Source of the DNA: a virus
Taxonomy: Duplodnaviria; Heunggongvirae; Uroviricota; Caudoviricetes
DNA: 11,575 bases
Direction: 5' to 3' (one strand)
IMG/VR virus record: IMGVR_UViG_3300050187_000003
Location: 1-11,575 of that record
The notes beneath the pieces are model-generated. The model was not told the DNA's origin. It saw nothing but the letters and a program-made list of their open reading frames with translations, and searched no databases. The translations under genes were made by a program, and so were the position numbers. Shown in pieces: positions 1 through 6,965 of this stretch (positions within the stretch are counted from its first letter, which is position 1; every line of letters begins with the position of its first letter).

Positions 1-1
1 G

Positions 2-772
2 GCCGCGGTGGCGTCGGCAGCGCTGTGCCTCGTCCTGCCGGGCGCGGCGGTCGGTTTCCCACCGCTCGCGGGTCTTGCGGGCTTCGGCGCAGCGCCCGCA
101 TGGCGGCGGATCTGGGTTGTTTCGGTGTTGATCGCATCGGGGGTCGGGGGGGCTTTCGCGCGCGTGCGTCCCACCGGGAGTAACCCCCCCACCTAGACCA
201 CTAGGGGCCGGGCCGGGCCGGGCCGGGGTAGCGTTTTGCTTAGCAACAGGGCTGGCACTTGCTTGGCTCTTGCTAGACGGTTGCTTGCCGTTTGCTACGG
301 ATGCGCTGGTGACGGAGTCGCCGGCGGCGACTGCCCCCGGCGAGTTCGGGTCCTGCCGATTTGGTAACGGATTCATACCGGAAGCGCTCGCGGGCGTCTT
401 CCGCTCACCATCTGATGAGTTATCCACAGGCCCTTGATGCCGCGCGGCGCGGGCCTTTCCTCCCTTCCGTCCCGCCTCCGCCCTCTGCTCTCGCAGCGTC
501 TTGACGGCTTCGGCGGTGGGCTGGAAATCGGTCCAGTCGTGGAACTGGAAGCCTCCGGTCGTTCTCTTCCACAGCCCGCGGCGAACGAGTTCCCGCACTG
601 CGGTGTCGGGGTCGTCGCAGAGGCGGGCGGGCATCCCGGACGGCACGAACCCATCGGTGAGGTTGCGTGCGGCCCAGGTGCCGGCCCGCGTCCACAGCGC
701 CACGGCGCAGTCGGGGGCGTCGAACACCTTGGGGTGGTCGTAGAACGAGTCGTCGATTCGGAACCACGTCAT
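2..772 (-). CDS. Phage replication initiator (actinophage RepA-like), 3' end outside window
   Basis: Hand-translated and absent from the ORF track because there is no stop before the edge: MTWFRIDDSFYDHPKVFDAPDCAVALWTRAGTWAARNLTDGFVP...LVRRGLW...FQFHDWTDFQPT. This is followed by a low-complexity linker and a C-terminal PRCDQH...PPCGRC Zn-finger-like motif. GGAG lies 8 nt upstream of ATG 772. Confidence 0.85.
   Translation of the reverse strand, partial: MTWFRIDDSFYDHPKVFDAPDCAVALWTRAGTWAARNLTDGFVPSGMPARLCDDPDTAVRELVRRGLWKRTTGGFQFHDWTDFQPTAEAVKTLREQRAEAGRKGGKARAARHQGPVDNSSDGERKTPASASGMNPLPNRQDPNSPGAVAAGDSVTSASVANGKQPSSKSQASASPVAKQNATPARPGPAPSGLGGGVTPGGTHARESPPDPRCDQHRNNPDPPPCGRCAEARKTRERWETDRRARQDEAQRCRRHRG
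236..296. repeat. Iteron-like array (candidate phage origin) inside the initiator gene
   Basis: TTGCT at 259, 270, 281 and 292 (exact 11-bp period), plus the dyad TTGCT-T-AGCAA at 236-246. Confidence 0.7.
420..428 (+). promoter_or_regulatory. Perfect DnaA box TTATCCACA
   Basis: Exact 9/9 match to the DnaA consensus. It is encoded within P-V-D-N of the initiator. Confidence 0.65.
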
Positions 773-997
773 GCAGCGGTCTCCATGGCGTCGAAGAGCG
801 ACGGCGGCGGCGCGTCCCCGAAGGACGGAGATGACGAGCCACGCGTTGCGCTGGTTGTTGAGGTTGCCGACGAGCAGGGAGCACGTCGGGTCGAGGTGCA
901 GCGCCTCGCTGACGTACCGGCGGCGGGTGCCGTCGGAAATGTCGGTGAGGTTGTCGTTCTTGCGCATCAGTTCGTAGACGCCCCAATCGCGCAGCAT
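769..997 (-). pseudogene. Small hypothetical gene with an apparent one-base frameshift (reads in frame into the initiator)
   Basis: ATG 997 (TGATG overlap with the upstream gene) gives MLRDWGVYELMRK...LLVGNLNNQRNAWLVISVLR. Removing one G from GGGG (816-819) gives ...VLRDAPPPSLFDAMETAA* with the TGA overlapping the initiator ATG. The span is 229 bp = 76 codons + 1. Confidence 0.55.
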
Positions 998-1251
998 CAG
1001 GAGTGCCCCCCACGGCGCAGGTCGGCGGCGACGGCCCGCCGCTGCTCTTCATCGAGGTGTCGCCGCGCAGGTCCGGGGACACCTCCACGGCGGCCGTATC
1101 CGGCCATCGCCCGACACAGCTCCCGGACACGAACCGCGCGCTGGGCCGGGGTGTCCGGGAGTTCCCGGCGGATGGTTGCCGGGTCGGGCCAACGCTCGGC
1201 GACGACTGCGGCGAGCAGCTCGGCCGGGTCGGTGATCTCGGCGAGGCTCAT
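997..1251 (-). CDS. Hypothetical phage protein, 84 aa (MSLAEITDPAELL...)
   Basis: ATGA overlap with the upstream gene and TGATG overlap with the downstream gene. It is the 3' part of track ORF 997..1833. Confidence 0.65.
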   Translation of the reverse strand: MSLAEITDPAELLAAVVAERWPDPATIRRELPDTPAQRAVRVRELCRAMAGYGRRGGVPGPARRHLDEEQRRAVAADLRRGGHS

Positions 1252-1448
1252 TCGGCGTCCCCGATCCGACGTCGGTGTTCTGCGGTCGCCTCGCTGGCGT
1301 CGGGGAGCTGGTGGCGGATGTGGCCCTGGTGCAGTCCGCAACGGCACAGCGGGTGGTCCGGGTCGCGCGGGTCCGACAGCGTGGGGTCGGGCTGGTAGAG
1401 GCACGGGGAGAGCCGGGACTTGGCGGGCTGGCGGGACCGGGCCCTCAC
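1248..1448 (-). CDS. Hypothetical Cys/His-containing protein, 66 aa
   Basis: GTG start in a GTGA overlap with GGAGGAGG directly upstream. Contains the motif PLCRCGLHQGHIRH. Confidence 0.65.
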   Translation of the reverse strand: MRARSRQPAKSRLSPCLYQPDPTLSDPRDPDHPLCRCGLHQGHIRHQLPDASEATAEHRRRIGDAE

Positions 1449-1795
1449 CCCTCCTCCCTGGGCTGCCAGTCGCGGCATCCGGGCCACCACCCGCGCACGT
1501 CGCTGGCCGGCCCGTGGGTGACGCGCGGCAGCCGTCCGGGTCCGGGCTGCCACACGCACTGCGGGTACCGGCCGGGCAGGCGGTGTCGACACGTCCCGCA
1601 CCGCAACGGCCGAGATGCGGCGTTGGCCGCGCTGGCGGTCCGGTCCGGGTCCGCGTCGGGGTGGATCCGGATCGTCGGGTCGACCCGGGCGAGGTGGTGC
1701 ACCCCGCAACGCACCACCTCCGCCTGGCTGAGGGTGAGGCGCCGCCCAGCGGACACCGGATCGAACGGCTCTGCGGCGAAGAGGCCGTCAGCCAT
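1445..1795 (-). CDS. Hypothetical Cys-rich phage protein, 116 aa
   Basis: ATG 1795 overlaps the upstream stop. Pattern CGTCRH...YPQC...THG...DVRGWWPGCRDW. Confidence 0.75.
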   Translation of the reverse strand: MADGLFAAEPFDPVSAGRRLTLSQAEVVRCGVHHLARVDPTIRIHPDADPDRTASAANAASRPLRCGTCRHRLPGRYPQCVWQPGPGRLPRVTHGPASDVRGWWPGCRDWQPREEG

Positions 1796-2189
1796 CGGAC
1801 CCACCACCATCGAGGGCGGCGATCGTCGGGCACGGGCCGGCGCCCACCTCAACACCGCAGCCGGCGCACACCAGCACCAGGCCGTCCGGGCCGGGCACCT
1901 CCCGCTCCTGGTGCAGGGCCCGCACCGTGGCGATGGTGCCGGCCAGCCCGTCGACGGCCGTCACCAGCTCCCGGCGGAGCTGGTCGACGCGGTGGACCTC
2001 GCCGACCAGGGCGGGCACGTCGTCGGCGCTGGCGCCGGCGAGCAGGGCGATCACGCTGGTCGGCGACGTGTCGCGGGCCTCCAGCAACGCCGTGTAGCGG
2101 TCGCCGACCGCGTCCAGATCGGGCGGCCCCGGGCGGGGCCCCGGGGCCAGCGTGGTGCTGGCCCCGGGAAGGAAGCGGACGTTATCCAC
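1788..2189 (-). CDS. Hypothetical phage protein, 133 aa, with a C-terminal H...CxxC...PC motif
   Basis: Fills the gap with 8-bp overlaps at both ends. LH...CAGC...PCPTIAAL is a pattern typical of small actinophage proteins. Confidence 0.75.
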   Translation of the reverse strand: MDNVRFLPGASTTLAPGPRPGPPDLDAVGDRYTALLEARDTSPTSVIALLAGASADDVPALVGEVHRVDQLRRELVTAVDGLAGTIATVRALHQEREVPGPDGLVLVCAGCGVEVGAGPCPTIAALDGGGSDG

Positions 2190-4050
2190 GGCCCACCTCA
2201 GCGGGGGTGAGGTGGGCAGACGTCTCCGCGGCCATCAGCGCCAGCGCCTCGTGCAGCTCCCGACCAGTGAGGCCAGCGGCGCGCAGCTGCCGGGCGGCGT
2301 CCTGCCGGGCCAGATCGGCGGTGCGGCGCCGGTCCGGCATCAGCACGCAGGCGCACCCGGTGTGGTGCACGCCGCAGCGGTGGCAGTCCGGCGACAGGTC
2401 CACGTCGGCGCGGGCCTGCTGATGCAGGACCGGCGGCGGCGAGTCGCCGATGTCCGGGGCTGCGTCGTCCGGCGCGTCCGGCATGATCGCCGCCGGGTCG
2501 TGTCGGCGCGGCACCACCGGCGGCGGTGGAGCGGGCCGCGCCTCACCTGCCACCACCACCGGAACACCGTGCTCATGGACCCGGTGCACCCACGCCAGCC
2601 CCGAATCATCGAGGCGCTGCTCCGCCCTGGTCACCGCGACGTAGGCGCCCATCAGCTCGCCCCGACGCAGCACCAACGCCTTCGTCGGTGACGTCAGCGT
2701 CGGGTACGGCACCGGCTGGGGCTCCCGGTAGTCGTCCCCGATCACCACCCGGGGCCACTGCAACCCCTTGGCCTTGTGCCCGGTGGACACGACCACGCTG
2801 GCATCCTCCGACCGAGCGGTCAGCAGCCGCACGATCTTGAGGATCTTGTCTGGGCCGTGCTCATCGATCAGCTTGACCGTGGCGACCAGGTCCGCGCCGT
2901 CGTCCTCAGCCGCGTACGCCCGCACCTCATCCCAAGTGGTGAAGGCAGCCAGCTCCGGGTGCTCGGCCGGTTCGCCGTGCATCAGCCGATCGGCGGCCTC
3001 GGCCATCCGCTGCATTTCCCGGCCGCCGCCGACAATGTGCACCCGGGCGCCAGTGCCGAGGTGCGTGATCGCGGCGGCCACAGCGCCGGCATTGGTCCGG
3101 CACAGAACCGCGTCCGGCTCATCGATGGGGCCGACCGTGGAGTCCAACCACGGCGCCCCAACGACCCGGGTCGCGGTACCCAGCAGGGCCAGCCACAGGT
3201 TCGCCCGGTCGGCAACCCTCTGGCCGAAACGGAAGCTCTGCGAGAGAGTGAGCCGCTTGTCTGCCGGCCAGTCCGCCATGGCGTCGACGGACCCGCGCCA
3301 TTCGTACATCTGCTGGCACGGGTCACCGACCGCGACCAGCTGCGCAGACTGAGCTTTCAGAACCTCCGCGAGGACCGGGTTGGCGTCCTGGGCCTCGTCG
3401 AACAGGATGGCGTCCGCCGGGATCGTCGGCTTCGACAACGCCCAGAGCTTGACGTAAACGTCTTGCTCGAAACGCAGCTTCCCGGCCGGGTGAGTCAGGT
3501 CGATCCAGGCCAACCGGGCGATGGGCAGGACGACTCGGACCAACTCGTCACGGCCCTGCGCCTCGATGCCGTCCACCTTGGGCACGTGCCACGGGCTGAT
3601 CTCCGCATCGGCGGACTGGCAGAACCTCTTGACCGTCTTCAGCGCTAGGCTGGCCAGGGTGGCGGGCCGGAGCAGGACATCACCGATGGTGCCGCCCTGG
3701 TTGAGGATGTGGGTCGCAGGGATTGAACCGGAATTGTACATGATCTTTGCGGCTTCGTAAGCGGTGACCCGCTTGCCGCCGATCCGGTGCTTGAGCGGCC
3801 GGCCGAATACCTCGAACGCGAGGCTGTGGGCGGTGCGGGCCTCGACGTTGCCCGGCATGCTGCCCTTCGCCTCTTTGGCGAGGTCCTTGGTGAAGGCGAC
3901 GTACAGGCAGCTACGGGTGGGGGCGGACTGGGCGGCCATGCGCAGGGTGGCGGTCTTGCCTGCTCCGGCGACCGCATCCACCACCAGCGATTCGCGGGCG
4001 GCGAAGGCGTCGATCACCGCCTCTTGCTCATTTGTTGGCTTCATCTTCAT
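2182..4050 (-). CDS. Superfamily 1 (UvrD/Rep-like) DNA helicase, 622 aa
   Basis: Motifs seen: I AVAGAGKT, Ia YVAFTK, II LFDEAQD, III VGDPCQQMYEWRG, IV LSQSFRFG, V STGHKAKGLQW, VI YVAVTRA. Start placed at ATG 4050 (ATGA overlap with the HNH stop) rather than the track start at 4341. Confidence 0.92.
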   Translation of the reverse strand: MKMKPTNEQEAVIDAFAARESLVVDAVAGAGKTATLRMAAQSAPTRSCLYVAFTKDLAKEAKGSMPGNVEARTAHSLAFEVFGRPLKHRIGGKRVTAYEAAKIMYNSGSIPATHILNQGGTIGDVLLRPATLASLALKTVKRFCQSADAEISPWHVPKVDGIEAQGRDELVRVVLPIARLAWIDLTHPAGKLRFEQDVYVKLWALSKPTIPADAILFDEAQDANPVLAEVLKAQSAQLVAVGDPCQQMYEWRGSVDAMADWPADKRLTLSQSFRFGQRVADRANLWLALLGTATRVVGAPWLDSTVGPIDEPDAVLCRTNAGAVAAAITHLGTGARVHIVGGGREMQRMAEAADRLMHGEPAEHPELAAFTTWDEVRAYAAEDDGADLVATVKLIDEHGPDKILKIVRLLTARSEDASVVVSTGHKAKGLQWPRVVIGDDYREPQPVPYPTLTSPTKALVLRRGELMGAYVAVTRAEQRLDDSGLAWVHRVHEHGVPVVVAGEARPAPPPPVVPRRHDPAAIMPDAPDDAAPDIGDSPPPVLHQQARADVDLSPDCHRCGVHHTGCACVLMPDRRRTADLARQDAARQLRAAGLTGRELHEALALMAAETSAHLTPAEVGRG

Positions 4051-4673
4051 GCCCTGGTGGCCTTCCTGGGACGCCGCGTGCGGTCGTACTTGCGTCCCCT
4101 CGCGCGGACACAGATCCGGCAGGACCGGCCTCCGCCCGGTTCGTGGTAGGTGTTCTCGTCGGTGAAGGGGTGGCCGTTGGCGCACTCGGTCTTGCGGGCG
4201 TTGGCGGCGGCGAGGCCCAAGCCGCGGAGGTTGTTGGTCCGTACGTCGACCAGCTCGATGTGGGCGGGGTTGACACAGGCCCGGTGCGGGCAGGACTGCC
4301 CGCCGTCGCACTGGCGGTTGCGGGCCGCCTCGGTGTGGCACGTGTGGTCCGGAACCATGGCGTCCGAGATAGGGCCGTGGGCCAACTCGTACGCCAAGCG
4401 GTGCGCACGAATTCCCTTGCCGCCTGATTGCAGAAGGCCGTACCCGTCCCGGTTGAGCGTTCCCCGGTAGGGCCAGCAGCCGGTCGGGCCAGCAGACTGG
4501 TCGGTATTCGCCCGAAGTCGTTCAGCGAGGGACAGATCGTTGGCCGGGACCAGAGTGGCCGTGGGGCTGCCGTGCTTGCGCCAGCGCTGGTAGTGCTTTG
4601 TGCACCAGCCCCGGCAGTACCGGTTGGCGTTGCACCCAGCCACGGCGCACTCGCTCGTGGGCTTGTGGCTCAT
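4047..4673 (-). CDS. Free-standing HNH endonuclease with Zn-binding modules, 208 aa
   Basis: CWPYRG...GYG...AHRLAY...DHTC...CVNPAHIE core, N-terminal CAVAGC...WCTKHYQRW, C-terminal CANGH...SCRIC. ATG 4673 overlaps the upstream stop. Confidence 0.9.
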   Translation of the reverse strand: MSHKPTSECAVAGCNANRYCRGWCTKHYQRWRKHGSPTATLVPANDLSLAERLRANTDQSAGPTGCWPYRGTLNRDGYGLLQSGGKGIRAHRLAYELAHGPISDAMVPDHTCHTEAARNRQCDGGQSCPHRACVNPAHIELVDVRTNNLRGLGLAAANARKTECANGHPFTDENTYHEPGGGRSCRICVRARGRKYDRTRRPRKATRA

Positions 4674-5581
4674 TCCGGCGCCGCCGTCGGCGTCAGGTCG
4701 GCCGCCCGACCCTCCAGGATGACCTTGAGCGTCCGCTGCTCCCCAGTGGCGTCCTGCAACTCCTCGCCGAGCAGCCCGCGGCGCTTCGCCTCCGCCCACA
4801 CCGCCCGGACCTCGTCCACGGTGTTGCACTGCTCCAGCGCCCGGTCCCGCAGATCGGCGGCGGTCGGCGGCGGGTCGCCCTGACCGAGCCAGACAGCCAG
4901 GGTCTCGGCCAGGCCGGACCCGGGGCGTTGGATGCGCTGGCCAGACAGCTCCTGGCACGTCGTCTTGGTGACCGTCAGGACGTGCTCCATGTCCAGCTCG
5001 CCGATGACGGAGAACTCGTAATCGACGTTGTCGCGCTGATCCGGCTTGAGTCCGAGCTTGCGCGTGACCATCTTCTTGACGCGCTCATCGAACTCGGTGA
5101 CGTGCTCGGTCTTCACGCGCATCGTGGTGATCACGTGGCCCGGGTATTGCAGGATTGCCCGCATCATCTCGGCTTCGATGGGCCGGTAGTCGCCCCAGCC
5201 GGCCCGCTTGTCGCGGGCCTTGTCGACCCGGTCCAGAGCCCCACCAAGCCCGGACCAGTAGTGCGTGAAGGAGTCGACGATGATCCCGGAGAATCCGGCC
5301 GATTCGGCGTCGGCGAGGTAGGCGGGCAGCTTCTCTGGGTCCGCGGTGCTCGGGGCGACGTGCCCGAACTTGAACGCGTGCTCGGTCTCGGGGTCGGCGT
5401 CGCGGAGAACGGCGTACTCCAGCGCCCGCTTCTCGGTGTCGATCACCGCGAACTTGCCGCCATAGCCGACCAGTCCGCGCATGATCGTCATGGCGGTGAA
5501 AGTCTTGCCGGACCCGGCTGGGCCCATGATGGCCATGCGGAGGCGCATCTGCTCGCGGAGGGCGGGGGTGAACAGGCTCAT
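4670..5581 (-). CDS. AAA ATPase, Sak4-like (AAA_24-type) phage recombination protein, 303 aa
   Basis: Walker A GPAGSGKT, AVIDTE, Walker B IIVDSFTHYW, ITTMRVK and QRDNVDYEF. ATG 5581 sits in an ATGA overlap. Confidence 0.85.
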   Translation of the reverse strand: MSLFTPALREQMRLRMAIMGPAGSGKTFTAMTIMRGLVGYGGKFAVIDTEKRALEYAVLRDADPETEHAFKFGHVAPSTADPEKLPAYLADAESAGFSGIIVDSFTHYWSGLGGALDRVDKARDKRAGWGDYRPIEAEMMRAILQYPGHVITTMRVKTEHVTEFDERVKKMVTRKLGLKPDQRDNVDYEFSVIGELDMEHVLTVTKTTCQELSGQRIQRPGSGLAETLAVWLGQGDPPPTAADLRDRALEQCNTVDEVRAVWAEAKRRGLLGEELQDATGEQRTLKVILEGRAADLTPTAAPE

Positions 5582-5805
5582 GCTGGGTCTCCCGTGGCGG
5601 TGGTGGTGGTGTGGCGCGGGTGGTGGCGGCATCCGGCGGTCTTCGCCGCAGTCACCGCAGGCCCACAGGTGTGCTCGACGTGGCCGACCTGCGCGTCGAG
5701 GGTGGCCTGGATGGCGGGCAGCACCTCGGTGGCGTCGCCGGCCTGGTCGACGTCGACGACCGGTTCGCCGCTGAAGAGCAGGATGGACAGGTCAGCCGGC
5801 ATCAT
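5578..5805 (-). CDS. Hypothetical protein, 75 aa (MMPADLSILLFSG...)
   Basis: ATGA overlaps at both ends and GGTGA upstream. Confidence 0.6.
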   Translation of the reverse strand: MMPADLSILLFSGEPVVDVDQAGDATEVLPAIQATLDAQVGHVEHTCGPAVTAAKTAGCRHHPRHTTTTATGDPA

Positions 5806-6746
5806 CGGGTCACCGTCGGGTCGGTCAGGGTGCGGCCGAACCGGTCGACCTCGCGTACCACCAGCACCTGCGGGACCTTGCACTTCGGGGTGCCGCCGTC
5901 GACGATGGGGCGGATCTGGTTGACGGGCACCTCGCACGCCACCCAGCGGACCGCGCTGTCGTGGTAGGCCGTCGCCTGGGCGGGGACTGGCGACAGGTGC
6001 AGACCCCCGCCGCACTCCAGGTCGTCGCGCCAATCGGCGGCGGTCACGGTCTCACCGACGGGGTAGGTCGTCGGCCGGCCGTAGCTGTGGCCGGCGGTCA
6101 GGTCGGCGTCGAGTGCCTTGTGGAGGGTGGCGATCCCGTCGGCGACGGTGACGCCGTGGTGGGTGCACCAGCTGGCGGGGTCGGTCAGGTCGAGCGTGGT
6201 GAGGTCGATGAGCACGCCGCCGGTCACCGATGCCTGTGCGGAGTGCAGGTGCACGGCGACGTGTGGGCTGGCGGTGACCGTCGACCGGCCGAACGCCTGC
6301 ACGCTGGCCGAGCCGAACGCCTCGACGCTGGCCGAGCCGAACGCCTCGACGCTGGCCGAGCCGAACGCCTCGACGCTGGCCGAGCCGGACGCCCGCACGC
6401 TGGCCGAGCCGGACGCCCGCACGCTGGCCGAGCCGAACGCCTGCACGCTGGCCGAGTCGGACGCCTGCACGCTGGCCGAGTCGAACGCCTGCACGCTGGC
6501 CGAGCCGAACGCCTGCACGCTGGCCGAGTCGAACGCCTGCACGCTGGCCGAGTCGAACGCCTGCACGCTGGCCGAGCCGAACGCCTCGACGCTGGCCGAG
6601 CCGAACGCCCGCACGCTGGCCGAGCCGGTGTCGGTGAGAGTGACCCAGATACCCGGGTCGGATTGGATGTGGATGCAGGTGCGGTCGGTGGCGCCGGTCA
6701 GGGCGGTGTCGAGTGCGGTCTGTGTGGTGACGGTGATGCAGGGCAT
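5802..6746 (-). CDS. Octapeptide-repeat protein with a C-terminal domain of unknown function (DUF7666-like from memory), 314 aa
   Basis: 14 x SASV(Q/E/R)A(F/S)(G/D), then ...LHKALDADL...YPVGETV...CGGGLHLSP...RWVACEV. GGAGG RBS upstream. The family assignment is recalled, not searched. Confidence 0.8.
   Translation of the reverse strand: MPCITVTTQTALDTALTGATDRTCIHIQSDPGIWVTLTDTGSASVRAFGSASVEAFGSASVQAFDSASVQAFDSASVQAFGSASVQAFDSASVQASDSASVQAFGSASVRASGSASVRASGSASVEAFGSASVEAFGSASVEAFGSASVQAFGRSTVTASPHVAVHLHSAQASVTGGVLIDLTTLDLTDPASWCTHHGVTVADGIATLHKALDADLTAGHSYGRPTTYPVGETVTAADWRDDLECGGGLHLSPVPAQATAYHDSAVRWVACEVPVNQIRPIVDGGTPKCKVPQVLVVREVDRFGRTLTDPTVTR
6289..6624. repeat. 14 tandem copies of a 24-bp coding repeat
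   Basis: Unit (c/t)cg(a/g)acgc(ctgc/ctcg/ccgc)acgctggccgag, contiguous with no spacers. Confidence 0.98.
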
Positions 6747-6749
6747 GGG

Positions 6750-6965
6750 TCAGTCCTCCGTGGTGGTGGGGTGGGTGAGGTCGAGCAACTCCCGCTCCTC
6801 AGCGGTCAGCACCGCGGTGGCGGTGCGCCGCTGGGCCACCTCTGTGTCCGCCTCGCACAGCCGGCACACGCAGGTGCCGGCCCGCATGTCACGGGCGATC
6901 ATGACGAGGACGATTGAGACGCCCGCGAGGACAACAGCAACAGCGACGGTCATGGCAGCAGTCAT
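6750..6965 (-). CDS. Small membrane-anchored protein, 71 aa
   Basis: N-terminal hydrophobic stretch VAVAVVLAGVSIVLVMIA followed by CVCRLC. ATGA overlap at the start. Confidence 0.65.
   Translation of the reverse strand: MTAAMTVAVAVVLAGVSIVLVMIARDMRAGTCVCRLCEADTEVAQRRTATAVLTAEERELLDLTHPTTTED

Noticed and set aside
205-228. GGCCG pentamer run
   Set aside because: Low-complexity GC sequence encoding a Pro/Ala/Gly linker, with no independent evidence of function.
565-696. Extra DnaA-like 9-mers (TCTTCCACA 565-573, GCGTCCACA 688-696)
   Set aside because: Only 7/9 matches, which is plausible by chance.
997-1011. Second frameshift at the G6 run joining the 84-aa gene to the 997 ORF
   Set aside because: Possible, but the existing TGATG overlap is the normal coupling pattern in this element, so no frameshift is needed.
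434-2422. 662-aa plus-strand ORF
   Set aside because: Antisense shadow of six coupled minus-strand genes. Arg/Gly/Pro-rich with no motif; long stop-free frames are expected at this GC content.
4051-4341. Track N-terminal extension of the helicase (start 4341)
   Set aside because: It overlaps the HNH gene in another frame. ATG 4050 gives the standard ATGA coupling and a normal distance to Walker A.
6289-6624. CRISPR array
   Set aside because: The units are contiguous with no unique spacers, keep the reading frame, and no cas genes are present.
6289-6624. Diversity-generating retroelement TR/VR
   Set aside because: Variation includes T/C and a GC/CG swap, so it is not adenine-specific. No reverse transcriptase or separate template copy is present.
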